From the NCBI GenBank assembly GCA_038087875.1, contig CM075988.1:5208001-5272000 (forward strand): 64,000 nucleotides of DNA, written 5' to 3'. The DNA comes from Malacoraja senta. Its lineage: Eukaryota. The translations under genes were made by a program, and so were the position numbers. This document shows positions 40,859-54,697 of the stretch, one piece after another. The stretch's first letter is position 1, and every line of letters begins with the position of its first letter. The notes beneath the pieces were generated by a model. It was not told the DNA's origin, did not search any database, and saw only the letters and a program-made list of their open reading frames with translations.

Positions 40859-41423
40859 AGGGGCTGTCACACTTGGGCGACCTAATTGGCAAGTTCAGAA
40901 GAGTTTGGAAAAATGACATGTTGAAGACCTCCTTCGACTATGAAGAAGACTTCCTTCGACCTCCTTCGACCTCCTTCGACCTCCTTCAACTATGTTGAAG
41001 ACCAGCTTCGACTAGCTTTGACTAACTTTGGGAAAATTGGATAGTGGAGAGTGAAGACGACCTCCTTCGATCTCCTTCGACCTCCCTTCGACTATGACGA
41101 AGACTATCTACGACTACCTTAGACTACCTTCGACTACCCTCGATTACCTACGACTAACATGCTGACCTACTACGACTAAACCTACGAGTAAAAAAAGTAT
41201 CGATTTTTTTCCAAGGCGAACTTTCTTACTCGCGGGCATTTTTTTATATATAGAAAAAAACGCCGCGACTTAGCTGAGGCCTCGAGTACGCGGAGACCAC
41301 TCTCGAGCATGAAGGAGAGTTATGAAGACCTCCAACGACCTTGTGTCGACCATGCTGCGAGTATGAGTCGAGGGCAAACTCGCCAGAACTCGCGGATTAG
41401 GTCGCCCAAGTGGGACAGGCCCT
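40859..41423. mobile_element. PIF/Harbinger-type MITE (565 bp)
   Basis: TIR AGGGGCTGTCACACTTGGGCGACCTAAT / AGGGCCTGTCCCACTTGGGCGACCTAAT; TTA TSD on both sides; internal CGACCTCCTT/CGACTA repeats. Confidence 0.88.
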
Positions 41424-44004
41424 TTAGTTCCCAATTTAATTTATTAAACAGCTAACTGAATAGAAGATGTATTTGCAATGTATCCCCTCTGCTGAGAAAA
41501 GACATAAAGTGCTGAAGTCCCTCAACGGGTCAAGCGGCATCTCTGAAGAACATGGATGTGATATTTCGGGCTGGGACTCTTCTTCAGACTGATTGTAGTG
41601 GGGATGGGGGAACAAATGCTGGAAGAGAGAAGGGGTAGGTTGAGTCTGGCAAGTGATGTGTGGATATGGGTGGGAGTGTGTTTTGATGGTTGGACAACAG
41701 CCAGAGGTGAAAAGACATAAGGTGTGAGATAGGATAGGAGAAGTGCACAGCAGTAGAGTTGCTGCCTTGCAGCGCTTACAGAGCCAGATACCCGAGTTTG
41801 ATCCCAGCTACAGGTGGTGGCTGTACGGAGTTTGTATCTTCTCCCTGTGACCGCGTGAGTTTTCTCCGAGATCTCCAGTTTCCTCCCACACTCCAATGTC
41901 ATCAGGCTTGTAGGTTAATTGGCTTGGAAAAAGGGAATTTGTCCCTTGTGTGTGTAGGATAGTGTTAATATGGACTCGCTGGGCCGAAGGGCCTGTTTCC
42001 GCGCTGTATCTCTAAACTAAACTAAACGAAACTATGTGCAATTTGAAGCTAGAGGAAGGAAAGTAGGAAGAAAGAGGAGGGGCAGGTGAGAAATAGATGA
42101 GAGCCCAGGTGGGGCAGGAGATGGGAGGGGGAAAGAACATGGGGGGGGGATGAAGGAGGGGGGGAGGGTCTTGATTATAGAGTCATACTTTGTCCACACA
42201 GGCCAGCTTGTTCCACCCAGCTACACTGGTCCCACCTGCCAACATTTGGCCCATATCCCTCTAAATCTGTCCTATCCATGCACCTGTCTAATTATTACTT
42301 CCCTGCCTCAACTACCTCCTCTGGCAGCTCGTTCCATCACCCCTCATCTTCCTGCGCTCCAAGCATTGGAGTCCCAGCCTAGTCAACCTCTCCCTATAGC
42401 TCAGACCCCCGACTCCTGGCAACCTCCTCGTAAATCTTCTCTGTACAGTCTGAAGAAGGGTCTCGACCCAAAATGTCACCCATTCCTTCTCTCCAGAGAT
42501 GCTGCCTATCCCACTGAGTTAATTCAGCATTTTGTGTCTACCTTCTCTGTACCCTTCCAGCTTTCCAATAAGTTCGTTACCTAAAAGTGGAGAATTCAAC
42601 GTCCATACTATTGGGTTGTATGCTGCCCAAGCTGAATGTTCCTATGCTATTCTGATGTCTTCTGTCCTAACAGGGATTACTGAATTTAGTTAATATTTGA
42701 GAAGTTTTGGTTTAAAACACTCTCAGTGTTCTGTAGCACTATCCTTGTTTGACAAGCTACTTATTTAAAAAAAGCATCAACTAAATAATAATATTACTTG
42801 TATTGTACAAATTTGTGTTAATGCCCATAATGAAATAGTACAGACAGGACTTGCTGTGCTAATTAATTTAATTAACAGCTCCTTCTGCCATATCTCTCAT
42901 TCACAGCAGGACCACAAGTGTCAACAAACTCTGACCACACTTCCAATCTCTGCATTACATACTAATGAGCAACGCACTCTACCAAAGCCTAGCCTGACTC
43001 CCCCCTCCTCAATCTTTGCACATCCCCAATCCTAGACTTTCCACCCGTCACTTTATTTTCATGCTTCATGTATCTTGTTGTGTTTTATGACTGTTGGCAG
43101 ACCAATTTCTCTCCTGGGATAAATAAAGTTCTATCGTATTGTACATCTCGATGAATCCTGGTATGGGCTAAGTCATTTACAGTTAATAGAGGTTACTCTT
43201 GAAATTTTAGCTCTATACGGACCATTATGGTCACCGTGGATACCAGTTTGGCTTAAATTGTATGCACACATTTTTGGGAAGGTTGTGTTGGCCATTGCAT
43301 AAGAAGCACAGTTTTACAGATGGCATCAACATTACTGTCTAATATCCTATAGTTTGCTAAAACAGTTGTGCACCACAATGAAGATAATGCAATTGCTGCA
43401 TCCAACTTACAATCCTTTCCCTCTCCCCTGACTCTCAGTCAGAGGAAGAGTTCTGACTCAAAACATCATCTATTCCTTTCCTCCAAAGATGCTGCCTGAT
43501 ATCTCTGTTACTCTGCTTGATATTCTGTTGTGCTGCAGCAAGCAAGAATGCCATTGTCCTATCTGGGACACATGTAGTTTAATTGGCTTCTGTAAATTGT
43601 CCCATGTGAGTAGGATAGAACTAATGTACAAGTGATCGCTGGTCAGTGTGACTCGGTAGGCCGAAAATCATGTTTCCACACTGTATCTCTAAACTAAACT
43701 AAGGTGGAGGGCGGTGGTGGGCATTAAGTGGCATTATGAGGCGTTTACAATACAATACAATACAATACAATACCATACCGTTTATTGTCATTTGAACCTC
43801 AAATGAAGTTCAAACAAAATTTGGTTTCTGCAGTCATGCAAACAAGTAAAAAGAACCAAGACACAACACAATTTACACAAACATCCATCACAGTGAATCT
43901 CCTCCTCACTGTGATGGAAGGCAAAGTCTTATCCCTTTAGGTAGGCACATGCAAGGCATGGAGGGATATAGACGACGGGCAGACAGAGGAGATTAGCTTA
44001 ATTT

Positions 44005-44835
44005 GCCCGAAAGCAAATGCAATGCTAGCATTTATTTCAAGAGGGATTGTATACAAAAACAGGGATGTAATACCAAGTCTCTATGAGGTGCTGGTCAGGC
44101 AGCATTTGGAATATTGTGAGAAATTTTGGGCACTATATCTGAGGAAGGATGTGCTGGCTCTGGGGAGGGTCCAGAGGAGGTTTACAAGAATGATCTCTGG
44201 AATGAGTAGGTTAACCTATGATGAGCATTTGACGGCAGTGGGCCTATATTCGCTGGGGTTTAGAAGAATGAAACGTACAGAATAATGAAAGGCTTGGATG
44301 GAGTGGATGTGGAGAGGATGTATCCACTAGTGGGAGAATCTAGGACTAGAGGTCATAGCCTCAGAATTAAAGGACGTTCTTTTAGGAAGGAGTTGAGGAG
44401 GAATTTCTTTAGTCAGAGGGTGGTGAATCTGTGAAATTCCTTGCCACAGAAGGCTGTCGAGGCAAAGTCAGTGGATATATTTAATGTCTATCAGTGGAGA
44501 TAGATAGATCCTTGATTAGTACTGGTGTCAGAAGCTATGATGAGAAGGCAGGAGAATGGTGTGTTTTTTTCCATACAAAATGCTTTTATTCAGAACAAAC
44601 AAAAATACAAAGTAGTAACACGATCAAAGAATGCCCATATTGGCATTTTTACAAACAAAGTTATCAAATTAAAATATTAACATTTTTATCAACAATACAT
44701 TTGACCTCCCATGGTGACCAGCGTTCAAGGAGAATGGGGTTAGGAGGGAGAGATAGATCAGCCATGATTGAATGGTGGAGTAGACTTGATGGGCAAATGG
44801 CTTAATTCTACTCCTATCACTGATGATCTTATGAT
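44005..44835 (+). mobile_element. CR1-clade LINE 3' fragment
   Basis: ANAMLAFISRGIVYKNRDV...LVRQHLEYCEKFW...VQRRFTRMI. Confidence 0.85.
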
Positions 44836-44844
44836 CATGTTCGA

Positions 44845-45680
44845 CATGAGTCAGAGTATAGAAGAGAGATCGAGCAACTGTCCATATGGTGCCAGCACAA
44901 TAACCTGGCCCTCAACACCAGCAAAACCAAGGAACTGATTGTGGACTTTGGAAGGAGTAGGATGGGGACCCACAGTCCCGTTTATATCAACGGGTCGATG
45001 GTTGAAAGGGTCAAGAGCTTCAAATTCCTGGGCGTGCACATCTCTGAAGATCTTTCCTGGTCCGAGAACACTGATGCCATTATTAAGAAAGCACATCAGC
45101 GCCTCTACTTCCTGAGAAGATTACGGAGAGTCGGTTTGTCAAGGAGGACTCTCTCTAACTTCTACAGGTGCACAGTAGAGAGCATGCTGACCGGTTGCAT
45201 CGTGGCTTGGTTCGGCAACTTGAGCGCCCTGGAGAGGAAAAGACTACAAAAAGTAGTAAACACTGCCCAGTGCATCATCGGCTCTGACCTCCCTTCCATC
45301 GAGGGGATCTACCACAGTCGCTGCCTCAAAAAGGCTGGCAGTATCATCAAGGACCCACACCATCCTGGTCACACACTCATCTCCCTACTACCTTCAGGTA
45401 GAAGGTACAGGAGCCTGAAGACTGCAACGACCAGGCTCAGGAATAGCTACTTCCCCACAGCCATCAGGCTATTAAACCTGGCTCGGACATAACACTGAAC
45501 TTTATTAGCCAATACTGTTATTTACACTTTATCAGTATATTGATTCATGTGTGTATATATTTATAGAATGCCTTGTAGTCAATGCCTACTATGTTCTGTT
45601 GTGCTGAAGCAAAGCAAGAATTTCATTGTCCTATCAGGGACACATGACAATAAACTCACTTGAACTTGAACTTGAACATC
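44845..45680 (+). mobile_element. Rex1/Babar-clade LINE 3' fragment
   Basis: WCQHNNLALNTSKTKELIVDF, FKFLGVHISEDLSW, KKAHQRLYFLRRLR and RYRSLKTATTRLRNSYFPTAIRLLN; (CTTGAA)n tail. Confidence 0.88.
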
Positions 45681-46439
45681 GTGGACCGAAGGACCCGTTT
45701 GCGTTCTGTATTGCACTGCATTGCATTCTATATTCAGGATATCTAAAACACTTTGCACCCCAACCTGTTTGTATAGTGAAGCCACAATCTCTGTAGCAAG
45801 GATAAACCTACTCTTCATTTCAAATGCTTCAGGTCTTTGCCGACAAAGAGGAAGTGGGAGTTTGATGGAATGCAACTCGTTAAATCAAAGCTCACGAGGT
45901 CAGTTCTGTTTTGCTGCAGTTCCGAGAATTATTGGGTTGGAGAATGCGAGTCTGCTATGCAATAAACTAAAGCTGCTGCCTGAGATAAAGTTGTATTATT
46001 GGCCCACAAATTTGCTCTTAATGGCCAACAACTTAAACATAAGATCTATTGAAGCAGATTAAGCATTCGACAAACAGAACTGACCAATTAATCTTTGTTA
46101 ATGATTGTTATTTTGATTGGACAATCGTGGTTTCCATTATCCCCGGAAAGATAAGGTCTCTTGCAGGAAATTTCTTACTCGAAAGAAAGAGATCATAACT
46201 CAAGGCTCAGGAGTTTTTTAGATGTTATGAGAGTCAAAGAATTTCAAAGGGTTAGTGGAGGAAATTGGCACTGTGGAAAATGATTAAACTCTTCTTATTG
46301 AATGGAGCATCATGTTCAGAGGAATGAATGTCCGAATCCTGTTCCTATTCATTTTGTTTCTTTGCTCTAGGTTGCAAAGAATGGAAGAGCAAACTCTCGG
46401 TGAAAACTTAAATTAATTTCCGATCAAGAGGATTGTAGA

Positions 46440-46745
46440 TAGTTCAGTTTAGTGTACTTTAGAGATACAGCATGGAAACAGGCCCTTCGGCCCACCGAGT
46501 CCATGCCGACCAGCGATCCGTATACACTAACACTATCCTACACACACTAGGGACGATGTACATTTATACAAAGCTAATTAACCTACAAACTTTGGAGTGT
46601 GGGAGGAAACAGAAGATCTCGGAGAAAACCCACGTGGTCACGGGGAGAACATGCAAACTCCATACAGGCAAGTACCGGTAGTCAAGATTGAACGCGGGTC
46701 TCTGGTGCCGTAAGGCAGTAGCTCTAGCGCTGCGCCACCGTGCCG
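46440..46745 (-). mobile_element. V-SINE
   Basis: Full-length reverse copy. Confidence 0.83.
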
Positions 46746-49503
46746 TGAAGTTAATGCATTCCTCCCAGATAATGTAGTCAATGGCAAAATCAGCTGAAAA
46801 TGGTCCGGGAGTGACAGTAACAAGTCAAGTCAAGTTTATGCCATATGCACAAGTACAGCAACATACAGGTACAATGAAAATCTGTCTTGCAGCAGCTTCA
46901 CAGGCACATAGAGATTCAGGCACAGCCAACACACAAAATAAAAAATAGATGTAAATTCTACGTAAAATTTACAAACAGACTGCAAAGAAAACATGCAAAT
47001 GTACACAATTCAAAAGCAAGTCCATGGTAGTGCAAGAGGTGGTCCATAGTGTCCTGTTGCCGATGTAGGATTGGGTTTGCAAAGGTCAGTTCAAGAAGCT
47101 GATGGTTGTAGGAAAGTAACGGCTGGTGGTGTTGGACTTCAGGCGTCTGTAGCTCCTGCCTGATGGTAGCAGTGAGAAGAAAACAAGAAGGAGGCACATT
47201 CACAAAGGAGGGGCAAGTGCAAGGTTTTCTCACCCAGGAGATGGTGACTCTGACATTTTCCACTGGGGAGGGCTGTGGAGACTCGTTCCCGAGTACGGAA
47301 TTAATAATGGATGGGGCCTCCACAGGTCAGCATGGACGCGATGACTCTGATTCTCTGGGAAGAGGGCATGACCCGGATGATGGGGATCATTAATGATAGA
47401 TGCTACCTTCTCGAGATAGTACGGAGGGCTGTGCCCCTGATGGACCGGATTGAGTCCATCACTCTCTGTAGCCTTGCCATGTCCATGTTGACTTTTTCAC
47501 CCATTTACACTAATGCAATGTCCTGAGCCATCATCATTTGAGTCTTTTTGGCTATAATCCGACTATCCATTCAGTGGTACATTGTGTCCAGTGAAATAAT
47601 TTTTTGCACACAATTCAGCGACAATCCTACTAAATATTAGACACAACCATACTAAGTACAAGAGTGTAATAAAGTAGACCACTCTGAGTTTGTACACAAG
47701 ATTCAACACATTTCAGGTGCCATCTTGTCCCCTTCAAGTCCAAAGATTTAAATAATGTCGAGTCTTAAGTTGGCCTGGTGACAGCTCTGGCACGGTGTTG
47801 CAGAGGTCGGGCCAGACCAGGTAATGTGTCAGTGTCCTGCACCGCTGCTCTGTGCCGCTGCAGGCCACATCTGACCTGCACACTCGGTCATTTGGAGTGG
47901 CACCCGATCTAAGAGAGCCCCAGGCTGCTGCAGGGCCTCCAGCGGCCCACTCTGCTGACTCGATCTATTCCGAATGTCCCTTGTCATTGGGCCTTGATCG
48001 CACCCTCTCGATTCACAAGGCCACTGCTCAGCCTCAGCCTCGGTGTCCCGGGACACCTCCTGCAGCTGACCCAATGCACCTCTGAGGGCCTTGGAGGAGG
48101 TAAGCTCTCAGCCCTCTCACTGCCATCACTCTGTTTCTCTGTCCGCTGCCACCATCTTGAAACTCCACATAAACAAGATCCTTTGTGCTTCCACATGGAA
48201 GAATCTATCATGTTGGTGCATGGACATGAGAAAAAGGAGAATAACGTACATAAATACCAAATACCCTGATCTAAAATGGATGGCTTCCATCCTATTTAAT
48301 ATTTCCATCATATTTAGGGATTGGACACGCTAGAGGCAGGAAACATGTTCCCGATGTTGGGGGAGTCCAGAACCAGGGGTCACAGTTTAAGAATAAAGGG
48401 TAAGCCATTTAGAACGGAGATGAGGAAACACTTTTTCTCACAGAGAGTTGTGAGTTTGGAATTCTCTGCAGTGGAGGCTAATTCCCTGGATGCTTTCAAG
48501 AGAGTGTTAGATAGAGCTCATAAAGATAGTGGAGTCAAGGGATATGGGGAGAAGGCAGGAACGGGGTACAGATTGTGGATGATCAGCCATGATCACAATG
48601 AATGGAAATGCTGGCTCGAAGGGCCGAATGACCTACTCCTGCACCTATTGTCTATTGTCTATCAGTCTGTGCAAGCCAGATCTAACAGCAGATACCACTA
48701 ATTATGCCACACTGACTGGCTGATTCAATTATTTATTTCCATAGTTCTGCCAGAGTATCGCAAAAAAAATGTTCCAAGCAAGGATCTGCTTGCAAGATGG
48801 TGCCCAACCCAGGTGACTATTTGTGTGCTAGCCACAGAAGCAGATCTACAATCACATATTACAATCGCTACACACTCTTAAATATCTACTACTACAGCAA
48901 TATTACCTACTTTAACTATGATCAATAGACTGTAAATGGCTTGATTATAATCATGTTTTGTCTTTCTGCTGACTGGTTAGCATGCGACAAAAGTTTTTCA
49001 CTGTACCTCGGTACATGTGACAATAAACTGAACTGAACTGAACTGTTTTTTAATGTTTAATGTTACATTCTATAATGTTGTGTTTGTTTTATTGGTGTGC
49101 TGCAATGGCAACTCAAATGTCATTGCATCAATTATTGTATGTGACAATAAATGTCCTATGTCCTATGTCCTATGTCCTAATTCTTACAGGAAGGGTATAT
49201 TCCAGTACAAATCAACCTAACGTGGTGAATGATTATCCTAACATGAACATAGAGAGAAAATAAGAATATGGCCGGCCAAGTGGCAAAGCTGAGAGCTGCT
49301 GCCTCACAGCGCCAGACACCCAAGGTCGATCCTGACCTTGGGTGCTATGTGTGTGACCTTGGGTGCTATCTGTGTGAAGTTTGCACATTCTCCCTGTAAG
49401 TGAGTGGGTTTCCTCCAGTTTCTCAGGTTTCATTCCACATCCCGAAGACGTGCAGGTTTATAGGTTAATTGGCCACTATAAAATGCCCCCCTGGTGTGTA
49501 GGG

Positions 49504-49944
49504 CAAGGGGGCGGCAACCAACGGCCCCCGGGCCGAATCCGGCCCATAACCCAAAATCATCCGGCCCGCAGGCATATTTCTTTTCTCTCAATACTTGAAA
49601 TGTTTAAGAAAGAACTGCAGATGCTGGAAAAAAAGGTAGAAAAAAAGTGCTGGAGTGTTTTTTTCCCAGCATTTTTTCTAGCTCCGGTACCTGGAAGGTG
49701 ATTTGGCTGTACCGCATCCTGTGCAAAGCCGCTGGCATGGCATCGCACCTTCTGTGTCTGGGCTTCACGGTCGGGATCGGGGTTGTCAGTAGGCCGGGGA
49801 CGAGTGAGTATGATATTTGAGCTCAGTGCTCCGGGTGGTGTCCTCGAAGGGGCGGGATCTATGTGTACATGTGATAGATGTGGCCCTTCATCCGCTCACA
49901 GACATATGTCCTGGCCCCTTGGCACAAAAGGTTGCCAACCCCTG
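49504..49944. mobile_element. hAT (Charlie-like) MITE inserted in a V-SINE
   Basis: TIR CAAGGGGGCGGCAACC / CAGGGGTTGGCAACC; 8-bp TSD GTGTAGGG/GTGTAGAG; GGCCC subterminal motifs. Confidence 0.85.
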
Positions 49945-51551
49945 GTGTAGAGAGTGAATGGGAAAGTGGGATAACACAGAACTAGTGTGAACAGGTGATC
50001 GATGGTTGGCGTGGACGCGGTGGGCCGAAGGGCCTGTTTCCATGCTGTAACTTTCAACCTAGAGGTGTGAAAGTAAGCACTTTTGCCTTTTCCACCTTCT
50101 GATCACAAGCCATCTATAATCCAAATAAATCCCCTGATACATTTGAGAGGGTGGGTGTTGACATCCTAAAACAAAAGTCTTCCATCAACTTGCCTTATTA
50201 TTCAACACTGCTCTCGATGATAAAGGTCTATGATGAAACCCTGGAGTGAAAACAAACATTAAAATATACCCTTGCCTTCAATGCATTTGTAATACCTAAA
50301 GAAAAGACCATTTGAAGTTGAAGATCTCAAGCCTAGGTCAGAACTTATCGTCAACTGAGTGGACATAATACCTACTGTCCCACATGCTTCTGACACTTGA
50401 ATTACATACTACAGACACATGAAAAAAACTGGGACATATCAACATTGTGTAGGAAGGAACTGCAGATGCTGGTTTAAACTGAAGATAGGCGTAAAAAGCT
50501 GGAGTAACTCAACGGGTCAAACAGTGTCTTTCCTGTCACCATTGTTGGCTTGAGACATAAAGTCACCATTAGATCAAACAAACCCCCATCAATGTCTTTC
50601 TCCACATCCATACGCCAGGATCTGGTAGAGCCACTGCCTCACAGTGCCAGACACCCGGGTTCAATCCTGACCTTGGCTGCTGTCTGTGTGGAGTTTGCAC
50701 GTTCTCCCTGAATCGGGTGATCAACCCGAAACATCACCGTCTGAAGAAGGGTCTCGACCCGAAATGTGACCCATTCCTTCTCTCCAGAGATGCTGACTAC
50801 CCCGCTGAATTACTCCAGCTATTTGTGTCTATCTTTAGTTTAAACCAGCATCTGCAGTTTCTTCCTACACATGACCTATCCGTTTTCTCCAGTAGGTTCT
50901 TTTGAAGTGTTTATCCAAACTCCTCCAGCTGCCTTACTCACTGGGTTACTCCAGCAATTTGTCATAAAGTCATACATTGTGGAAACAGGCCCTTCGGCCC
51001 AACTTGCCCATGCCGACGGACATGCCCCATCTGCACTAGTTCCACCTGCACGCGTTTGGCCCATAACCTTCTAAACATTTCCTATACATGCACCTGCCCA
51101 TCTGCTTGTGTTTATCTTTGGTATAAACCAGCATCTGAAGTTCTTTGTTTCTACCCAATGACAAGGAGCTGAGTAATAGGAAGACAAATTCAACATCATT
51201 TGCCCTTCTTTGACTTAATCATCATCTGACTGAAACAAATAGTGTCTTAGATCTACACTACAATTGACACAACATGCAGTGGTGTTCAGAATGCTGCTCT
51301 GAATCTTTCCCCCTCTCTTTGAAACATTATTTCCCAATATCCTGTTACAACTTCATTAGTAGAACGGCAGCAGGTTCTTTTGAAGTGTTTATCCAAATTT
51401 CTCTGTATATCCTCTGCCAAATGTATGGCAAATGAATTAGGAGAAGTCCTTTGGAAGGTCGAGCAGAACAACTCAGCTGTTCGTGTATTTCCAGTAACTG
51501 ACTGTAGCCCATGCCGGTTTTTCAGAATGTATTCTGCAGTGCTACTTCTAT

Positions 51552-52066
51552 CTAGTTTAGCTTAGTTTAGAGATACAGCGTGGAAACAGGCCCTTCGGCC
51601 CACCAGGTCCGCACCGGCCAGCGATCCCTGCACACCAACACCATCCTACACACACCTACAACACCATCCTACACACACCTACAACACCATCCTACACACA
51701 CCTACAACACCATCCTACACACACCTACAACACCATCCTACACACACCTACAACACCATCCTACACACACCTACAACACCATCCTACACACACCTACAAC
51801 ACCATCCTACACACACCTACAACACCATCCTACACACACCTACAACACCATCGTACACACACTAAGGACAACTTAACATTTACACCAAGCCAATTAAACT
51901 ACACACCTGTACGTCTTTGGAGTGTGGGAGGAAACCGGAGCTTCACGGAGAAAACCCATTCAGGTCATGGGGAGAACATGCAAACTACCTGTACAAAACA
52001 CCCACGGTCAGGATGGTCCCTGGCGCTGCAAGGCAGCAACTTTACCGCTGCACCACCCTGCCACCC
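51552..52066 (-). mobile_element. V-SINE with internal 23-bp minisatellite expansion
   Basis: SINE body interrupted by ~10 copies of ACAACACCATCCTACACACACCT. Confidence 0.83.
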
Positions 52067-52084
52067 TCCTGTGAAATATCATTA

Positions 52085-52670
52085 TAATTGCTGAGGCTCT
52101 ATAAGGTGCTGGTCAGACCGCATTTGGAGTATTGTGAGCAATTTGGGGAACCATATCTGGGGAAGAATTTGCTGGCTCTGGAGAGGATCCAGAGGAGGTT
52201 TACAAGAATGATCCCAGGAATGAGTGGGTTAACATATGATGAGCGTTTGACTGGGCCTGTACTTGCTGGAGTTTAGTAAGATGAGGGGGGACCTCATTGA
52301 AACTTACCGAATAGTGAAAGGTTTGGATAAAGTGGATGTGGAGAGGATGTTTCCACTAGTGGGAGAGTCTAGGACCAGAGGTCATAGCCTCAGAATGAAA
52401 GGATGTTATTTGGAAAGGAGATGAGAAGGAATTCCTTTAATCAGAGGGTGGTGAATGTGGAATTATTTGCCACAGAAGGCAGTGGAGGCCAAGTCAATGG
52501 ATATTTTTAAGGCAGAGGTAGATAGATTCTTGATTAGTTTGGGTGTCAAGGTTTCTGAGAAGGCAGGAGAATGGGGTTAGGAGGGAGAGATAGATCAGCC
52601 ATGATTGAATGGCAAAGTAGACTTGATGGGTTGATTGGCCTAATTCTGCTCCTATCACTTCTGACCTTAT
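52085..52670 (+). mobile_element. CR1-clade LINE 3' fragment
   Basis: LRLYKVLVRPHLEYCEQF...IQRRFTRMIPGM. Confidence 0.85.
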
Positions 52671-53189
52671 AACAGTATGTACTGAACAGATCAAATATTT
52701 CAATATTAAACAAGTGCTCTCACCTCAGGCTGAAAGGACTTTTTTTGTCAATTTTCTGCATGTTGGGTGAAGTCAGCCAAAAACGACAGCAGCTGCTGCT
52801 AATATCGGTATGGCGCTCGTATCCATATTCCATAAGTCATTGATAATAATTATAAAAATGAACTGATTGGCAATGCCCAGTTAAGCAATCTGTTACATCC
52901 ACATTACACGATGGTAAAAACAAAATGAGGTGTCTCACATTGCACTGGGCCCACTGCCCAGAATCATCATTCATATCCTTCACATCTGCCTTTAGTAGTC
53001 CAGATAGTAACATTGTCATAGAGTGATACAGCGTGGAAACAGGCACTTTAGCCCAACTTGCCCACACCGGCCAACATGCCCCATCTATACTAGTCCCACA
53101 TGGCTGCATTTGACCCATATCCCTCTATACCTGTCCTAGCCATGTACCTGTCTAAATGTTTCTTAAACGTTGCAATAGGAGGGGATGTA

Positions 53190-54012
53190 AGGAGCCGATG
53201 TCACTGACAAATTGCAGAAGGAAAGGTTTAGAGAGTGGACAAAGAAGTGGCACAGTCATTCATTTTGGTAGCAGCAATAAAGGCGTACACTAATTTCTAA
53301 ACTGGAAGAGGATTCAGAAATCGGAGATTGGCTGGTGCAGGATTCCTAAAAGTTTAGTTTGCAAGTTGAATCAGTAGTAAGGAAGGCAAATGCAATGTTA
53401 GGACTTATTTTGAGAGGGCTAGAATATAAAAACAGGGATGTAATGCTGATAAGGCGCTAATCAGACCAGAGTATTTGGAGCATTGTGAGTGATTTTGGGC
53501 TCCATATCCGAGGAAAGGTGCTGGCATTGGAGAGAGTCCAGAGGAGGTTTATGAGAATGATCCCGGGGATAATTGGGTGAATGTATGATGAGCGTTTGAC
53601 AGCACTGGGCCTTGATGGAGTTTAGAAGAATGACGGAGGAACTTATTGAAACGTACCGAATAGCGAATGGCTTGGATAGAGTGGATGTGGAGCGGATGTT
53701 TCCACTGGTGGGAGAGTGGAAAATAATGGCTCAGAATAAAAGGACATGCCCTTAGAAAGGAGATATGAAATTTCTTTAGTCCGAGGGTGGTGAATCTATG
53801 GAATTCATTGCCACAGAAGGCTGTGGAGGCAGTCAATGGGTATATTAAAGCTGGAGATTGATAGATTCTTGATTATTACGGGTGTCAGGGGTTATGGGGA
53901 GAAGGCAGGAGAATGGGGTTGAGAGGGAGAGATAGATCAGCCATGATTGAATGGCAGAGTAGACTTGATGGGCCGAATGGTCTAATTCTGCACCTATGAC
54001 TTATGAACTTAT
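53190..54012 (+). mobile_element. CR1-clade LINE 3' fragment, degenerate
   Basis: Colinear with the 44.0 and 52.1 kb copies through the 3' UTR. Confidence 0.8.
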
Positions 54013-54697
54013 GAACAATCTGCACATTTGCATCCCGAGGTAAGGTTCCGATTGTGACACAATCTTCAGGCTGGAAGCTCTGCCCACAAATCACACTGGA
54101 CAGCCTTGAACAGACAAAATGGTTGGAGCGGCATTATTCCATCTGCAAAGACACGAACTGACATTAATAAATAATTCTTGCAAACTTTTATGAATGCACT
54201 GTAGAAGGTATACTGTCGGGTAACATCACAGCATCGTTTGAGATCAGCTCCACCTATGACTACAAGAAATGACAGAGTTGTTGATGTAGCCCAGTCCTTC
54301 ACACGGACCAGACTCCCCATCATTGACTCTACACGTCATGTGCAGAGTCTCAGGAAAGCAACCAACATCGTCAAAGACTGGCCATTTCTTCTTCACCCCA
54401 CTCCCATCAGTTAGCTTGAATCCAGATTCAGAAGCAGCTTTTTCCACTCTGTTATCAAGCTTCTGAATGGTCCTTCCATGAGATGGGGAACAGTCCCATT
54501 CTACTCTACATCACAGCGGACATTGGACTTTGTCTCCGTAACCAAAGACGTACAGGTTTGTTGGTTAAATATAAAAATTGTCCCTAGTTAATGTAGGGTG
54601 GTGTTATTATGCGGGGATCGCTGGTTGGCGCGTACTCAGTGGGCCGAAGGGCCTGTTTCCCTGCTGTATCTCTAGACTCTAAACTAAACTCTAAAAC

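Noticed and set aside
51634..51862. CRISPR-like regular repeats (also 33826-34032)
   Set aside because: Head-to-tail units without unique spacers, no cas genes, vertebrate context.
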